In this document: positions 1-13,037 of the stretch, piece after piece | Layout of the letters: each line of letters starts with the position of its first letter | Position numbering within the stretch: the first letter of the stretch is position 1 | NCBI RefSeq assembly: GCF_000143415.4 | Contig: NW_003314297.1 | Coordinates: forward strand, 248,001-312,000 | Length of the DNA: 64,000 nt | Direction of reading: 5' to 3' | From: Selaginella moellendorffii | Taxonomy: Eukaryota; Plantae; Lycopodiophyta | Notes under the pieces: generated by a model | Told to the model about the DNA's origin: nothing | The model's input: only the letters and a program-made list of their open reading frames with translations | Databases searched by the model: none | Translations under genes and position numbers: made by a program

Positions 1-1514
1 CCGAGAGTGGTGAAGAGAGGCTAGCTTTGGAGCTGTTCGAGGCCATGCCGCAGTTTCCAGGCTGCAAACCGAACTCCCGGACTTTCATCGGTGCGCTCAA
101 CGCCTGCATCAGTCTGGCGGCCAAGGAGGAAGCCAAGCAGCTGTTTGGAAGGCCAGTGAAGCTGGAGGCCTTGGACATCGGCATGAAAATCCATTCCAAG
201 GCTGCCGAGCTTGGCTGCGAGCTTGACAAGTTCGTTGGATGCTCGCTGGTGAACATGTACGCCAAGTGTGGGAGCCTGGATGACGCTTGGCGGGTGTTCC
301 ACGGCATGCCCCGTCGAGACGTGGTGTCCTGGAACGTACTGATACTGGGATACGCCGAGAGCGAGCAGCCGGAGGTGGCCTTGAAGCTCTTCGCACGAAT
401 GCGAGACGAGGAGAAAGGCTGTGAGGCGGACTCTGGGACTTTTCTTGCGGTGCTCAAGGCTTGCGCAAGCCTTGTGGCTCTGGAGACCGGGCAGGCTCTT
501 CACAGGGACGTTTATCGGCATGGACTCGAAGATGACATGGTTCTGGCTACTTGCTTGGTGGACTTCTACGCCAAGTGTGGGGGTGTGGCAGCTGCTCAAC
601 GGGTGTTCGACTCGTTTTCTACGACGAACATCGTCAGCTGGAGCGCACTGATAACAGGCTACAGCCACCAGGGAGATGTGAAGCAAGTCCTGGATCACTT
701 CCGTGATATGGAGGACGAAGGAGTGCAGCCAAATGCTGTGACGCTCACTTCCGTGCTCGCGGCTTGCAGCCATGCGGGCCTGGTTGACGTCGCCAGGGAC
801 TACTTCCAAGCGATGAGCTTCAAGTATGGGATTCGTCCGGGCATCGATCACTACCACTGCTTGGTGGATGTGCTCGGGAGAGCCAACCATTTGGACGAAG
901 CAGTGGCTGTGGTAAACACCATGCCTTTCGAAGCCAACGCCATGACTTGGAAGACGCTGCTGGGAGCATGCCGGAAGTGGAAGAACGTAGAGTTTGGGAG
1001 GCTTGCATTCGAGTCGCTGCTGGAGCTCGACGAGAAAGACGTGGTTGCCTACGTCTTGATGGCCAACATATATGGGAGCCGGGGCATGGTGGAAGAACAG
1101 CAGCATGTCGAGACGATGAAGGCGGGTGCTCGAGACGAGAACTCGGTGGCCGAGCGGAGCTGGTGGACTGAAGATACTGGCACGGTTCACTCGTTTGAAG
1201 CTGGAAACGATGCCAGACATCCGCAGTCTCAAGAGATACTCAAGAAGCTCGGCGACTTTGCGGTGGAAATGGAGGAGGAAGGTGGAAACAAGCGTCTCTG
1301 TTGTCACAGCGAGCGAATGGCCATTGGTTGTGCGTTGCTGAACACGATGCCGGGGACAGCCATACGTATCGTGAAGAACTCTCTGCTCTGCGATGGCTGC
1401 CACAAAGTCGCAGCAGCTATCTCAATGCTGGAGAAGAGAACCATTATATGCCGGGATGCAAGCCGGTTTCACGTTTTCAAGGATGGGACCTGTTGCTGTG
1501 GTGACTACTGGTAA
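1..1514 (+). CDS. PLS-class PPR protein with E and DYW deaminase domains (organellar C-to-U editing factor); 5' end lies outside the window
   Basis: Repeated PPR motifs (LVNMYAKCGSLDDA, VVSWNVLILGY, LAACSHAGLV). Intact HSE and CxxCH Zn ligands (HSERMAIG...CDGCH). C-terminus CCCGDYW*. Frame is open from the window start. Confidence 0.95.
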   Translation, partial: ESGEERLALELFEAMPQFPGCKPNSRTFIGALNACISLAAKEEAKQLFGRPVKLEALDIGMKIHSKAAELGCELDKFVGCSLVNMYAKCGSLDDAWRVFHGMPRRDVVSWNVLILGYAESEQPEVALKLFARMRDEEKGCEADSGTFLAVLKACASLVALETGQALHRDVYRHGLEDDMVLATCLVDFYAKCGGVAAAQRVFDSFSTTNIVSWSALITGYSHQGDVKQVLDHFRDMEDEGVQPNAVTLTSVLAACSHAGLVDVARDYFQAMSFKYGIRPGIDHYHCLVDVLGRANHLDEAVAVVNTMPFEANAMTWKTLLGACRKWKNVEFGRLAFESLLELDEKDVVAYVLMANIYGSRGMVEEQQHVETMKAGARDENSVAERSWWTEDTGTVHSFEAGNDARHPQSQEILKKLGDFAVEMEEEGGNKRLCCHSERMAIGCALLNTMPGTAIRIVKNSLLCDGCHKVAAAISMLEKRTIICRDASRFHVFKDGTCCCGDYW

Positions 1515-2513
1515 CAGGTATGCTTCATTGGTTTTTTTTTCTTGCTTTTCAACTCGTTTTAATACAGGGCTGTTGGGAACAAGATCAGTTAAGTCGAACC
1601 TCTCTTCCATCGCTCTTTGATTTCAGGTTGACGTTGGGCATCTTGCTCATAGATGTGACGAAGTGAAGGAAGCTTTGTTTAGGAGTGGACAAGCGGCCGA
1701 GTGGATGCGTCCTGTGTCAGCTCCTGTTGTCACACAAAATAACCTCTTTGGACAGGCGTTGTGGAGCTCAGCAACGCGTCCTACCAAATGGTATGCGTCA
1801 ACAAGTCATGATTTTCTGACTTGGCAGAGTTTTCATTTACCAAGCAGGTTGACGAGATCATTTCTGGACTCGAGGCCCATTGCTTGCAGTCATTTGCTCG
1901 AGACAAATGGTCCTCGGTGGGAGAAGTAACAACTGATGCACGACTACTCTTCTATAATGATCAAAAATAAGTTACTAAACTCCAAACAATGCTTGACAAC
2001 CTCCAAAGCTTGAATCACATCTCCTGAACCCTTCAGAGGCTGATAAGCTCCAACCAGTTTTGCACTTCCTCAATTGTCCATGTAATCACATGGTCGTGTG
2101 GGCATTCCCAGCTACATGTAGAGCTTCCCATGGCATATGTAATTAAATCAGAAAAATGAAGACACTAGCTTCTTTAGGCATATAAAGGTAGTACTTATGA
2201 TTGGAGTCTTGATGTCCAAATGTTTGGAGAAACACTAAATCCACCAGAAGTATGATCCTGCCACAAATACGTCTTCAGATATAAGAAGAGCAACAAGAAC
2301 ACAGTTCCTTCTTGAAATTGGAGAACTTAGCTAGGAAATTTGATTGTTTGAATGGTGATCATTATGCATTGGTTAAATAGATGAACTAGACCATTTCTGG
2401 TTACATTCATCCAGGGCATAAGATCATCTGTCTGGTAACCCAGTACCAATCACGATTGCACAATATCTTGAATTTTTCTTATGTCACCTGTATTGTGGAC
2501 AATCTCAGCTAGT

Positions 2514-3082
2514 AAAAAAACAAAATGAGGCTAGAAATCAAAATGACACCAAGACTTGCACTGCTGATGCTCACTAGCCAATGTACTCATGTACATGTCT
2601 AGGCTGCACATCAGAAGTGATTTGCAGCTTGGTCTTGGATTTGATTGAAAATGAACCTACACCCAACACCAAACACTAAAGTTGCAAGGAGTTTCTCCAC
2701 CACGTTTCTGGCCACATAAACAGGTATTGAATAGCTTCCCATTGAGTTTGTGCTTTGGTTTTTGACTCGTCCCTCACCTGTAGGAAGATTTCATGGCAAG
2801 AATGCTGGAACACAATATGGCGGCATATGAGGACATTACTGACTCTGCACAGGTAAAGCTTGTGGGGTAGCTGATCTGTTGTCTAATTCTAAGGACAGGA
2901 TGATTGTGATTGGACCAGATGATGAGATCCATGAGGCAAAGGAAAGCAATCAGGTTTTAAAACCCATTTTTGGACGTCACTTTTGATGTGTGGCCCGGAC
3001 ATATACCTCAGTACATTGGCTAGTGAGCATCAAACAGTACAAGTCTCCTCTAGTTTTGATTTTTAGCCTCTTTTTTTTTTTA
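2514..3082. repeat. Imperfect inverted repeat, ~105-bp arms (2514-2620 and 2978-3082)
   Basis: Reverse complement of 2514-2620 aligns to 2978-3082, with shared core AGTACATTGGCTAGTGAGCATCA. Confidence 0.8.
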
Positions 3083-5319
3083 AATAAAGAGACAGACCTA
3101 GCCAAGATTGCATTACTAATCTTGATCTTCCACAATACAGGTACCCTCCAGACACTCAAACTGGAGGAGGTTACATAAGAAAAGTTAAAGATATTGCGTA
3201 ATTGTGATTGGTACCAAGTTATGGAAAGGATGATCTTGTGCCTGAATGAATGTAATTAGAAATGGCCTAGTCAATGCAAGGGACAGCCATGCTAAGGTGT
3301 GATACCCATCCTAAAGCAGCTTCAGGTTTCAACAATGCAAATGTGAGTGGCAGCTAAGACCAATCCAAGAACAATAAAGAGAGGAGTGGTACCATTTCTC
3401 ACTACAACACAAGCTATAGTTCAAGATCAACAAGGATCTGCATATCGGGGCTTGAAAAGTGTGGCATACTTGTTAGAACTAGCAAATCAATTGCCAAGGT
3501 ATAAAATTATCTCAAGTGCACTACACTTTAACATTGGAAGATGGCACAGTGGCTAACTATAACATATGTTTGACTTAGGTGCATATTTGCTCAAAGATTT
3601 CCTAGCAATTCTGTAGTTAAGGATAAAACTAGGGAATCTTGGATTATTCTTTCTATGATAAGTTGTTGGCGGTATGATTCTAGAGATATTCCCAGCTCAA
3701 GATTCCTAATCTTGGCTATGGTCTAAGAGGCATTAGGTGTAGAGGTGAAGTTCTTCAACTCAAGTTGTATAGTAAATTAAGTTATAAAGTTTGTAGGTTG
3801 AATGCCCCACAGTTCTAGAAATATGAGCTAATTGCAACTATTTAGATTGGCCAACAAAGCTTAACTGATATGCTCTTCTTGATTTGTCTGGAACCACAAC
3901 TCCCGCATGGGGCTGCTATAGCAAGCACCATCTATGGAGCTACTAGAAGTTGGCAGTAGACATTATAGCAAAGAACAGTCAACGGTGAGAGAGTTCTCTA
4001 ACTAGCTGTTTTTCTTTATATCTTATATACTGGACGGTATGGAGCACTTACTCCATAGAAAATGCCCTGTGTGGATTGAGATTTTGTGATTTCTCCTACC
4101 CTAGAAAGCTATTCTTGGCAAGGCCGTCAACGATGAAACCGAATACAATGACTATCACCACCTACATAGTTGACAAGGAAGTCACGTACTAGATGTCTTA
4201 CACAGTCACAATTCCTCCAGGGAAAACGGTACGTAAAACTTACCCCCCACGACCTGGACCTCGCCTGGCTGGCTCAGAATGACGCACTTGGATCTCACCA
4301 TCTATAGCCATAATCAAGAACTGCTATAGAACTGCAAGAAAGAGTGCAAGCTAAAAACTTTTTTAAAGTCTACAAACTTATGCAAAAAAAAACTGCTATG
4401 TCTGAGAGCACGCATCAACACATGTCAGGGCGTCAAGAGGGTTGGAGGGCGTCAAGATCTGCCCTGACATCCCTCCAACCGCTAGATCTTAGCTCAAGAG
4501 GCTCATCTTCTTGTTGCCATCGCTATTCTCATTTCCAACAACTTGTAGTGGCCAATGCTTTATCAGGTCTCTCATGGCATTCTTGAAGACCAATGAAACA
4601 CAGAACACTTGTTGTGAAGATGGTTGTTGTTAGCTTCTCAACCTCTATGCATAGAGTTGGTTTACTATATCACAACCAAAGAAGATGGAGCACTCTTATT
4701 TCAAAGGTATTTTTCTTGTCAAAGATTTCAAGGCAAAATATTGATGGACACAAACTAGAGAGATCCAGAAGAATGGGGGTCCAAATTATTAGCTCAAGAC
4801 CAATGGAAGTTTGAAAAAAAAAAAAATGTTTAAATTGTAAACTTAAAAATTATCATTATTATTATCATTTATTTATCTTAACATTTTTTATATTATAGAA
4901 ATAAATAAGTAAACTACAAATTAACATTTTGGTTTAACACTTCATAACAAAGTGTGGTATAAATTAAAAAATTTACTACACCTAAGTAATTAATAATTTA
5001 GAATCTTTTCCAAACTCAAACCCCTGCAAAATGTAGTGAGATGCTTGCCATTAGAGCTTGAGACGCAAGCTTAAATAGCTTGAGTTTTAGGAATCCTTTC
5101 AGGTATACAGATACAATCCCCAAGATGGCAACTCAGGCAGCCTGGATGCCTCAATATGCAATAAGACATATGGCACATTAAGGTTTTATTGCAAACACAT
5201 GAGTTCAAAAACATTCCGTACTACAATTTGATTGCTTAAGGTGTATGGGAATACCACATCAATATGACATGACAAATCGCCATGCCACTTAAGTTTGCCA
5301 CACAGGTATATGTGACATT

Positions 5320-6066
5320 GTATGGCAGCCACGTCTTTCTCGTCGAGCTCCAGCAGCAACTCGAATGCAAGCCTCCCAAACTCTACGTTCTTCCACTTCC
5401 GGCATGCCGCCAGCAGCGTCTTCCAAGTCATGGCATTGGCTTCGAAAGGCATGGTGTTTACCACAGCCACTGCTTCGTCCATATGGTTGCCTCTCCCGAG
5501 TACATCCACCAAGCAGTGGTAGTGATCGATGCCCGGACGAATTCCATACCTCAAGCTCATCGCTTGAAAGTAGTCCCTGGCGACGTCAACCAGGCCCGCA
5601 TGGCTGCAAGCCCGCGAGAACGGAACTGAACTTGGCTGCACTCCTCCGTCCTCCATGTCACGGGAAATGATCCAGGACTTGCTTCACATCTCCCAGGTGG
5701 CTGTAGCCTGTTATCAGTGCGCTCCAGTTGACAATGTTCCTCGTAGAAAATGAGTCGAACACCCGTTGGGCAGCGGCCACACCCCCACACTTAGCGTAGA
5801 AGTCCACAAGCAAGTCGCCAGAACCATGTCCATGCCGATAAACGTCCCTGTGAAGAGCATGCCCGGTCTCCAGAGCCACAAGGCTACCGCAAGCCTTGAG
5901 CACGGCAAGAAAAGTCCCAGAATCCGCGTCACACGCATTCGTGCGTAAAGATTCAAGGCCACCTCAGGATATCCCAGTATCAGTACGTTCCAGAACACCA
6001 CGTCTCGACAGGGCATGCTGAGGAAAGTTCGCCAGACGTCGTGGAGGCTCCTACGCTTGGCGTACT
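5320..6066 (-). pseudogene. Truncated, frameshifted copy of the adjacent DYW-PPR gene
   Basis: Near-identical peptide blocks to the 1-1514 gene (ALETGHALHRDVYRHG, GIRPGIDHYHCLVDVLGR) split over three frames. Homology stops at EKDVAA; no DYW domain. Confidence 0.92.
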
Positions 6067-6959
6067 TGCATGCATGCCAATATATATATGCCTTGGAAAA
6101 AAAGTGGCTTTCAAAATATTACTTTGTTAGCAATAAAAAAAGAAGGAATACCACCAAGAGGAGATTCAAGCGTGACCCCTTTCAGCAGTAGGTGAAGTTT
6201 TTCATGGTTCACCTGGAAAGCTAAGTGGTCATTTTTAAGGTCCAAAAGTTTTACTGCTACAAACTTCTTCCAAACCTGTGGTGGTGTCAAGCTATGGTTC
6301 CAGCTTGATTGTCTTCAAATATCGTAAAACATATTGAATGAAGATAACAGTTCAATATAGTGTTGTGATCTAGTTGGCGAGTAGGAATCAGCCATTCCAT
6401 CTTTCTTTGCTCCAGGAGAATTGGGAGTATCTGTCAGTGATTTGTTCATCCACAAATTTTAGAAAAATCACTCTTTTCTCTTCCCTGAAGAACAGACCTC
6501 CTCAGTCAGTAGAGCTTGATAAGACGAAACAATTAATCAAGAAGGACGATCGTGGAGAAATGGTACCCAGCTCATCTTCTTGCTAGTGCAATAGTTAGCA
6601 TAAATGGGTGTTACAATTTAGATAAATAAGTTTATAATAATTATTTCTTAGAATAGCCCGCATCCAGCATTCCAGTGGATGTATATCATGGTGTATACGT
6701 AGCATACTAAGTAGCAGTGAAGAAAAAGCTCTATCTATTCCCAATCTATCTATCTTGCAGCTTTTATTTCTAGATTCTTATGAAGAACTTTAGATTTGAA
6801 AAAAGCTATAAAACATATGAAAAGGTCTATGGTTACAAATTAAAATATTTAATTAAAAAATATTCTTAGAATATTCTTGAACACTGTAATTTGAAGATGC
6901 TAATAAAAGTTACATTTACAAATGAGGTTTTGTGCAATAGATTATTATCATTGCTCAAA

Positions 6960-7135
6960 ATGTGAGTGCATGGAATATGGAAAATGAATATAGAAAATAT
7001 GTATATCAATTAGCCCAAAAATACTAACTTATATACAAGAGCGAGTGGTCCATATTAAAAGCAATCAGATGGCTACCAAAATCCCACTATACTAATATTA
7101 GTATATGGTATTGTAATTGTACACTTGGACCCCAC
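6960..7135 (-). mobile_element. LTR fragment homologous to the gypsy LTR at ~12845-13020
   Basis: Reverse complement matches 12845-13020 (GGTCCAAGT..TACAA...GACCACTCGCTCTTGTATATAA...AATTGATATA). Confidence 0.75.
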
Positions 7136-7584
7136 AAAAAAAAAAAAGAAATAATATTGATTATTTCATCATTAGGTTTAAAGATATACTAGATAATAAA
7201 AAAATGAAATAACTATTGCTAAAGTTATATATTATTAATTTAACAGAATATAGAATAAAATTATTTAAAACATTATTATTTCCACCTTTTATTTTAAGCT
7301 AATGTAATAATCTATAAATAATTTTGCTATAGCATAGCTGCATTTATATAAGGATACTGCCATAAAACATTGGTGGATTATATTTTTAAAAAACTTACAA
7401 TAAAATTTAAAAATTATTGAATTTTCATGGTAAATAAAAATTATTATAAAATTATCCTAAATTTATAGAATTGTTACAAGTGGAGTACTAAAAGGTATTT
7501 TTTAATAATTTTCTTAAATAATCCTTTATGATTTATAATTAATTATTTAATATTTTATTCTTAATTAAAAACTTTACCTAAGAT

Positions 7585-7992
7585 ATGCTGATTTTTAAAG
7601 AATATCTAGTTGTAATATTTATATTTTTAAGTATTTATTTATGCTTTAGTGCACATGTACAAGTATTTATTTTTAACAGAGTAGGTGATGAACTTGAGCT
7701 TCATTGTAAATCAAAAGATGATGATTTAGGAATACAATTTATTAAAAATAGATCAGATTTTATGTTTGAATTTAACACAAGATGGATTGGACATACTTTA
7801 TTTTGGTGTGATATAAAGTTTAAAGGGGAAATACATGGAAAATTCAATGCTTATGAGCAAGGATCACATGAAGATTATGAAGAATCTGAAATAGTAGAGT
7901 GGTATATATTTGGATATGCAATTTTTGAAATTCATAAAAATTATTATAAAGAAAATTGGTCTGCGCCTATGAAAAGGTATATTGTTATTTAA
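7585..7992 (+). CDS. S-protein homologue (plant self-incompatibility S1/SPH family), secreted
   Basis: Hydrophobic signal peptide followed by V-x-I-x-N...LELHCKSKDDDLG...F-x-F...TLFWC, the SPH family signature. Intronless, 135 aa. Confidence 0.85.
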   Translation: MLIFKEYLVVIFIFLSIYLCFSAHVQVFIFNRVGDELELHCKSKDDDLGIQFIKNRSDFMFEFNTRWIGHTLFWCDIKFKGEIHGKFNAYEQGSHEDYEESEIVEWYIFGYAIFEIHKNYYKENWSAPMKRYIVI

Positions 7993-8505
7993 ATATGAAA
8001 GAAGAAAAATAAAGTGATTGAATTTTTCTTCCAATTTTCTAAAAATATTTATATGAGATTTAATAATATATAGAATTAGCAAGAAACATAAATTTTACTT
8101 TTCCGACCTAAAACCTATAGATAAAAAATCTATTTCAGCTAATAATACTTATAAATGATATTATCTTAATTAATTAGGACTAACCTCTCTATGCTGTGAA
8201 TATTTAATATGATTAAAATTTAAAATATTTAATTTTTTCAAAAATATTATACATTAACACAAATTGTTTTGTACAACTTACTATAAAAAATTTAAAATTA
8301 ATTGATATGTTGATAGTTTTTGCGCATGACTAAAGGTCACCCTTCATGACATGCCAAAAATTTGGACAAATAAATAAATAAAATTTTAAATTATAATTTA
8401 AAAGAATACTTGGAGTATAGTTACAATAAAATAGTTAAAAATTCTACACCTAAATACTCAAATAGCTTACAAATAATCTTTTGGGTTTTTGACTTTTCAC
8501 CAAGG

Positions 8506-9310
8506 ATGCTTTCACGAGTTTTAGGAAGCAAGCGCTTGACAAGCAACGGTTTACGGTCCTTTCAAGTGTACAGATACAATCCCTAAGATGGCAAATCACC
8601 CTGCCTCCAAGAGTACAAGGTTGACACCAGCAACTGCGTTATGATGCTTGATGTTTTGTTTGAGATCAAGAACAAGCATGATTCGAGTATCACGTTTAGG
8701 CGTTCTTGTCGCAAAGGTGTATGTGGCTCTTGCGCCATGAACATCAATGGTAAGAACTGCCTGGCATGCTTAACAAAAGTTGACAGGGATGAGGATGGTA
8801 TTGCTTCTACTGTGGTGTTGCCTCTGCCACATATGTTTGTGATTAAGGACCTGGTGGTGGACATGAGTTATTTTTATCAGCAATACAAGAGCATTGAGCC
8901 ATGGTTGAAGACCAAAAAACAAAAGGAAGATGGGCAAAAAGAGTTCTTGCAAACCAAAGAAGAGAGAGCAAAACTGGATGGGATGTGGGAGTGTATCCTA
9001 TGTGCTTGTTGTAATACTTCTTGCCCTAGCTACTGGTGGAACACACCTACATTCCCTGGTCCAGCAATTCTGCTCCAAGCATATAAGTAAGTACCATTCC
9101 ATTTTTTTCCTAGTAAAATTTTCCAAATGTTTACTGTTTATTAGAATGATTGCTGATAGCCGCGATGACTTTACCAAAGAGCGTGTGGAGGCCCTCCGTG
9201 GAGAGATGAAGATTGGAAGATGCCACACTATTCGCAATTGCTCTAATGCTTGTCCAAAGGGACTGAATCCCGCTGAAAAGATCCTACAGATCAAAGGGAT
9301 GCTTGGGTAA
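8506..9310 (+). pseudogene. SDH2: Succinate dehydrogenase iron-sulfur subunit copy with premature stop
   Basis: Near-identical to 19866-20670, but codon 27 is TAA (8584-8586) instead of CAA, and CREG reads CRKG. Same single intron (~9088-9145). Confidence 0.9.
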
Positions 9311-12300
9311 AGAGTTCATAAATTTAAATAAACATCACAAGCTCATGTCAATACAAAAGTTTTTAAATGCTCTTGACAAAACAAAAGTACACAAATGTCA
9401 TTTGCACTCCCACCAGTAGATTAGAATAAAGAGCAAATGGACGGCTTGGATGGAAACTCGCTCCTTCACTCTAGGGCATGTCTGACGGGAGTGCCATGGA
9501 TTCAAGAAAGTGAGGCCGGTGAGCTCTTCGGATGGCCGCAAGCATTCCATGTCTTGGATGCAGAGAAGGAAAACTTCTTTTTTCTTTTGCACAGATTTAA
9601 ATGGTAAGATCGATCTTGAAATATTTGTCAGAGAACATTATATGTGACAGTGGATCAAGGACGATGGTGTTTGGAAGCCAGCTTGTTTAGAAGATCTCAA
9701 TGTCAAAGAGTCAAGGTTTGGCTATTAACCATCTCAAGCCTGTATTCTCACAAGCTTTCATGGTTGACGCGACTGACGAGAACTCACAGCTTGAGGAGGA
9801 GCTCCAATCTAGTAAGGAGTTACTTCAAAAGCCAGTGTGAAGAACCCTCATGATATTGAGCTTAGTCCCTTAATCTTGCTAGATGATAGTTTACCGTATT
9901 TTTCAAAACACTCTCACTATCATTCCTTTATGTGTTGATTTTATTCGGTCCTATTGGTTATTTATGGAAAGTGTTTAAATTTACTAACTTAGCATATCTA
10001 TGGAATGTAGTGATTGTCCTAAACACAACGGTGTTGTTTTTGTTAAAAGTTCTAAGAATACTCCAATGTCATTCTATGCTCTTTGAGAGTGTTCTTTTGC
10101 TCATAAGCTATATGCTCGGAAGTCATTCCATGCTTTTGTTCTTTTGCTTCTTGGGTTATATGCTTAGGAGTTATTTTGTGCTTTGATTTCCTACACTCCT
10201 TAGCTATATGCTTAAAAGTTTGACTTCATACCTTCATTTAGTGGCCTAGATTCCACTCCACTACTCTTAGTTCACATGTCCAAAGGTTAAGGTTCAGCTC
10301 TATGGTTATTTTATAGTAAACCACTATAAGGTAAAAGGTGAAAACCACATGTTATAGGGAGTTTAGCTCCATCCTTTTGTGTAGTGTAAACCCTTAATTG
10401 AGGTCTACTCTTAACTCATGTATCCAAGGGTTTAGGTTTTGTTATCCTATGGTGAATCACTATAGGGTAAAGGGTGAAAACTACAATTATTGACTAAAGT
10501 TTATTCAAATTAACTGCTATAATAGTTAGTATGAACAAGTATTTATTAGCTCTTTTGATATTTATTTAGATGTATTAAATTTTGATAAGGTTAGTTCTAA
10601 TGGGTTGGGATGTTACTTTTTCAGGTGATATATTTGTGATCATTTTGCTTATATGTCTGTAATACTTTATGTTCTGTGAGCTATCTTTTATAAATTGTTT
10701 AGTATACTCTCTACATATATTTAGTAGTTAAGCTTTATCATTGAGTTTTCTTGATGATACATCTATTATTAAATTTTATTAGATACTTAATCTTATGTCT
10801 CTTCATCCTATCCTATATCGGTTTAGGGTTATATTGTATAATAAGTAAGTTGAGTATGTCCGACCAAGTTAAGACGTTATCTGGCTATTGTAAACTCCTA
10901 AATTTGAACTTCTTAATAGAGCGAAATTTACCAAATGTAGGTGCTTGAGCGATACCACTGCTGCTACTGTCAACATTGGCGAAAGAACCAATATAGATAA
11001 AGTCACCCAACATTTCAAACCCATATAAATTTAAACTTCCCAAAAAATCACCCAACTCAATATTATTCAAACCCAAGAATATTTAACCCCAAGTATCCCA
11101 ATACCCTTAACCAATTAAAAAAAGGGGTTTATGGGCCCTTTCTTTTTTTATTTGAATCTCTATAAGTTATCTTTTAAATCATTTTCTTTGGCTGCTTATA
11201 GTTACTTATTAGGCATGCCTATCCTTGTTTTATGTTTGATTTGAGTTTAACTCCATACCATGCTGGTGGAGTATTCATATCCTCACATTAGGCCACTAGT
11301 CTGCTGAAATAACACAAAATTCTATTTGACTCCATTTTACATATTAATCTTGGTAGTAGGATGCTAAACTATTTTACTATTGCTCCATATTATTATTCTT
11401 TTGCTCCTTAATTGTATAGTTGAAGTTGTTTCATGCTTTTATTTCTTCACTCCTTAGTGTATGCTTAAGATTTGTTCCATACTCCTGTTCATTTGCTCCT
11501 AGGGTACAACCTCACAAGTCAACTCTATCCCTTTGTTCAATGGCCCAAGGCTTTGGAACTTTAGTTTTGTTCCATGCCCTTTACATATGTGTTTAAGGGT
11601 TAGGATTCACTCTATAGTCATCTTATAGTAAATCACCATAGGATATAGATTGAAAACCATATGTGCTATAGTTTTGGAGTCGAAACAAACCCATTTTCCA
11701 CAAACATAATTGACAATATTATAATTAAAGTAACTTTAATTTTTAACTACCTTGCTCTTTAGATCTTTATTTGCTAAACAAGAAACTATAAAGTGGTCCG
11801 AATCTCTAATAATATCTAGAATGGATAATTAAGCTATGGAGGAGGCAGATCTTCCTACACCATTGCCAAAGTCTCAACCACTAAAACAAAAGTAGCTAAG
11901 AGGAAAACCTTAAGGGAGGCCAGAAAGATCTATAAAACCTGTGAAGGTAAATATATCAAATTAGTTAATTAGTCACTTTTTTTATTGCTTACATGAATTT
12001 GATCCTATGAACTCAAAAGAGAAAAGATAAGTAAAGAGAACAAAAGTCACTTAGAATAGGTAGGAATTCAAACTCCTGCAGCAAGTTAGTAATGGCTCCT
12101 TTTGTTATTTTAGAACCTAAGTTGATGAGTTTATCTAGCTATTGTAAATTATAATTTGAATCTTATCAGTGCTATATATTTTATGAACATAGTTTTTTTC
12201 AAACACAAGCTATATATTGAAAATATAGTTTAGAATTATAGTTCTAAGTTAGAAAATGGGATAGAAAATGAATAAGTAGCTCTTGATGCATTAGCTCATA

Positions 12301-13021
12301 GCCATTGGGGATAAAACCATTGCTGGTAAGTAGTAATCTAAGCATATTATATTCTTAATTGAAGATTTTAATATAAAAAACAGATTCACAAAATCAAACA
12401 TGATTAAGAAAGAAACATAAATATAAATACTAAATAAATATTTATAGAGTTTAGGCTTTTATGTTTTTCTTAATTAAGTTAAAAGGAATTTAAGTTTTTG
12501 TCAGTTCCAATAGTAAGCATCTAATCTCAACATTCTTCCATTTTTTTTTAGTTTTTAGGAAGGATTCTTAGATATTATTGTAGTGAAACTTTTGTATTGA
12601 ATTCATCATAGTTTTAATTTAAATTTTGTATACAGGTGTGGGATTCAACCTTAACTAAACCTTAAGCTTGCATTCACAATCCAATTTATATGATAAGGGA
12701 CTATTTGAACTAAACTAGCATATTTACCACTCATAACAAACTCAAAGAAGGTTTCATTTTACCTAAAGTAACATAGTAACAACTCATGATAACCACATAT
12801 AGATAATATTAATTATAGAGTGCCAATATATTATGAAATTAATTGTGTGAGGTCCAAGTATACAACTATGATGCTGTATATTAATAATAGTATAGTGAGA
12901 TTTTGATAGCCATTGAATTCGTTTCAATTTAGACCACTCGCTCTTGTATATAAACTATGGTTTTTCGGCTAATTGATATATATATTTTTGTATTCCATTT
13001 TTATATTCTGTACATTTACAT

Positions 13022-13037
13022 TGGTGGAGATAAGGGG
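13022..13037 (+). promoter_or_regulatory. Retrotransposon primer-binding site, tRNA-Ala type
   Basis: TGGTGGAGATAAGGGG directly follows the LTR end and is complementary to the ...ATCTCCACCA 3' end of plant tRNA-Ala. Confidence 0.65.

Larger units (their letters stand above)
3670..9835 (-). repeat. Left arm of a large inverted segmental duplication (partner ~19340-23680); contains an arm-specific insert at ~6120-8480
   Basis: Collinear reverse-complement matches: 3721 GTCTAAGAGGCATTAGGTGTAGAGGTGA vs ~23362-23389; PPR pseudogene 5320-6065 vs 20905-21630; SDH2 8506-9310 vs 19866-20670; 9730-9835 vs 19340-19440. Confidence 0.92.

Noticed and set aside
21-1403. Long antisense ORFs (21-1403, 44216-45844, 61157-62239, 39406-40284)
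   Set aside because: They are shadows of GC-rich coding strands with no recognisable motifs.
8584-8586. Stops in SDH2 or the transposon rescued by U-to-C RNA editing
   Set aside because: Plant U-to-C editing is organellar. These are nuclear genes with spliceosomal introns, and methylation decay explains the stops.
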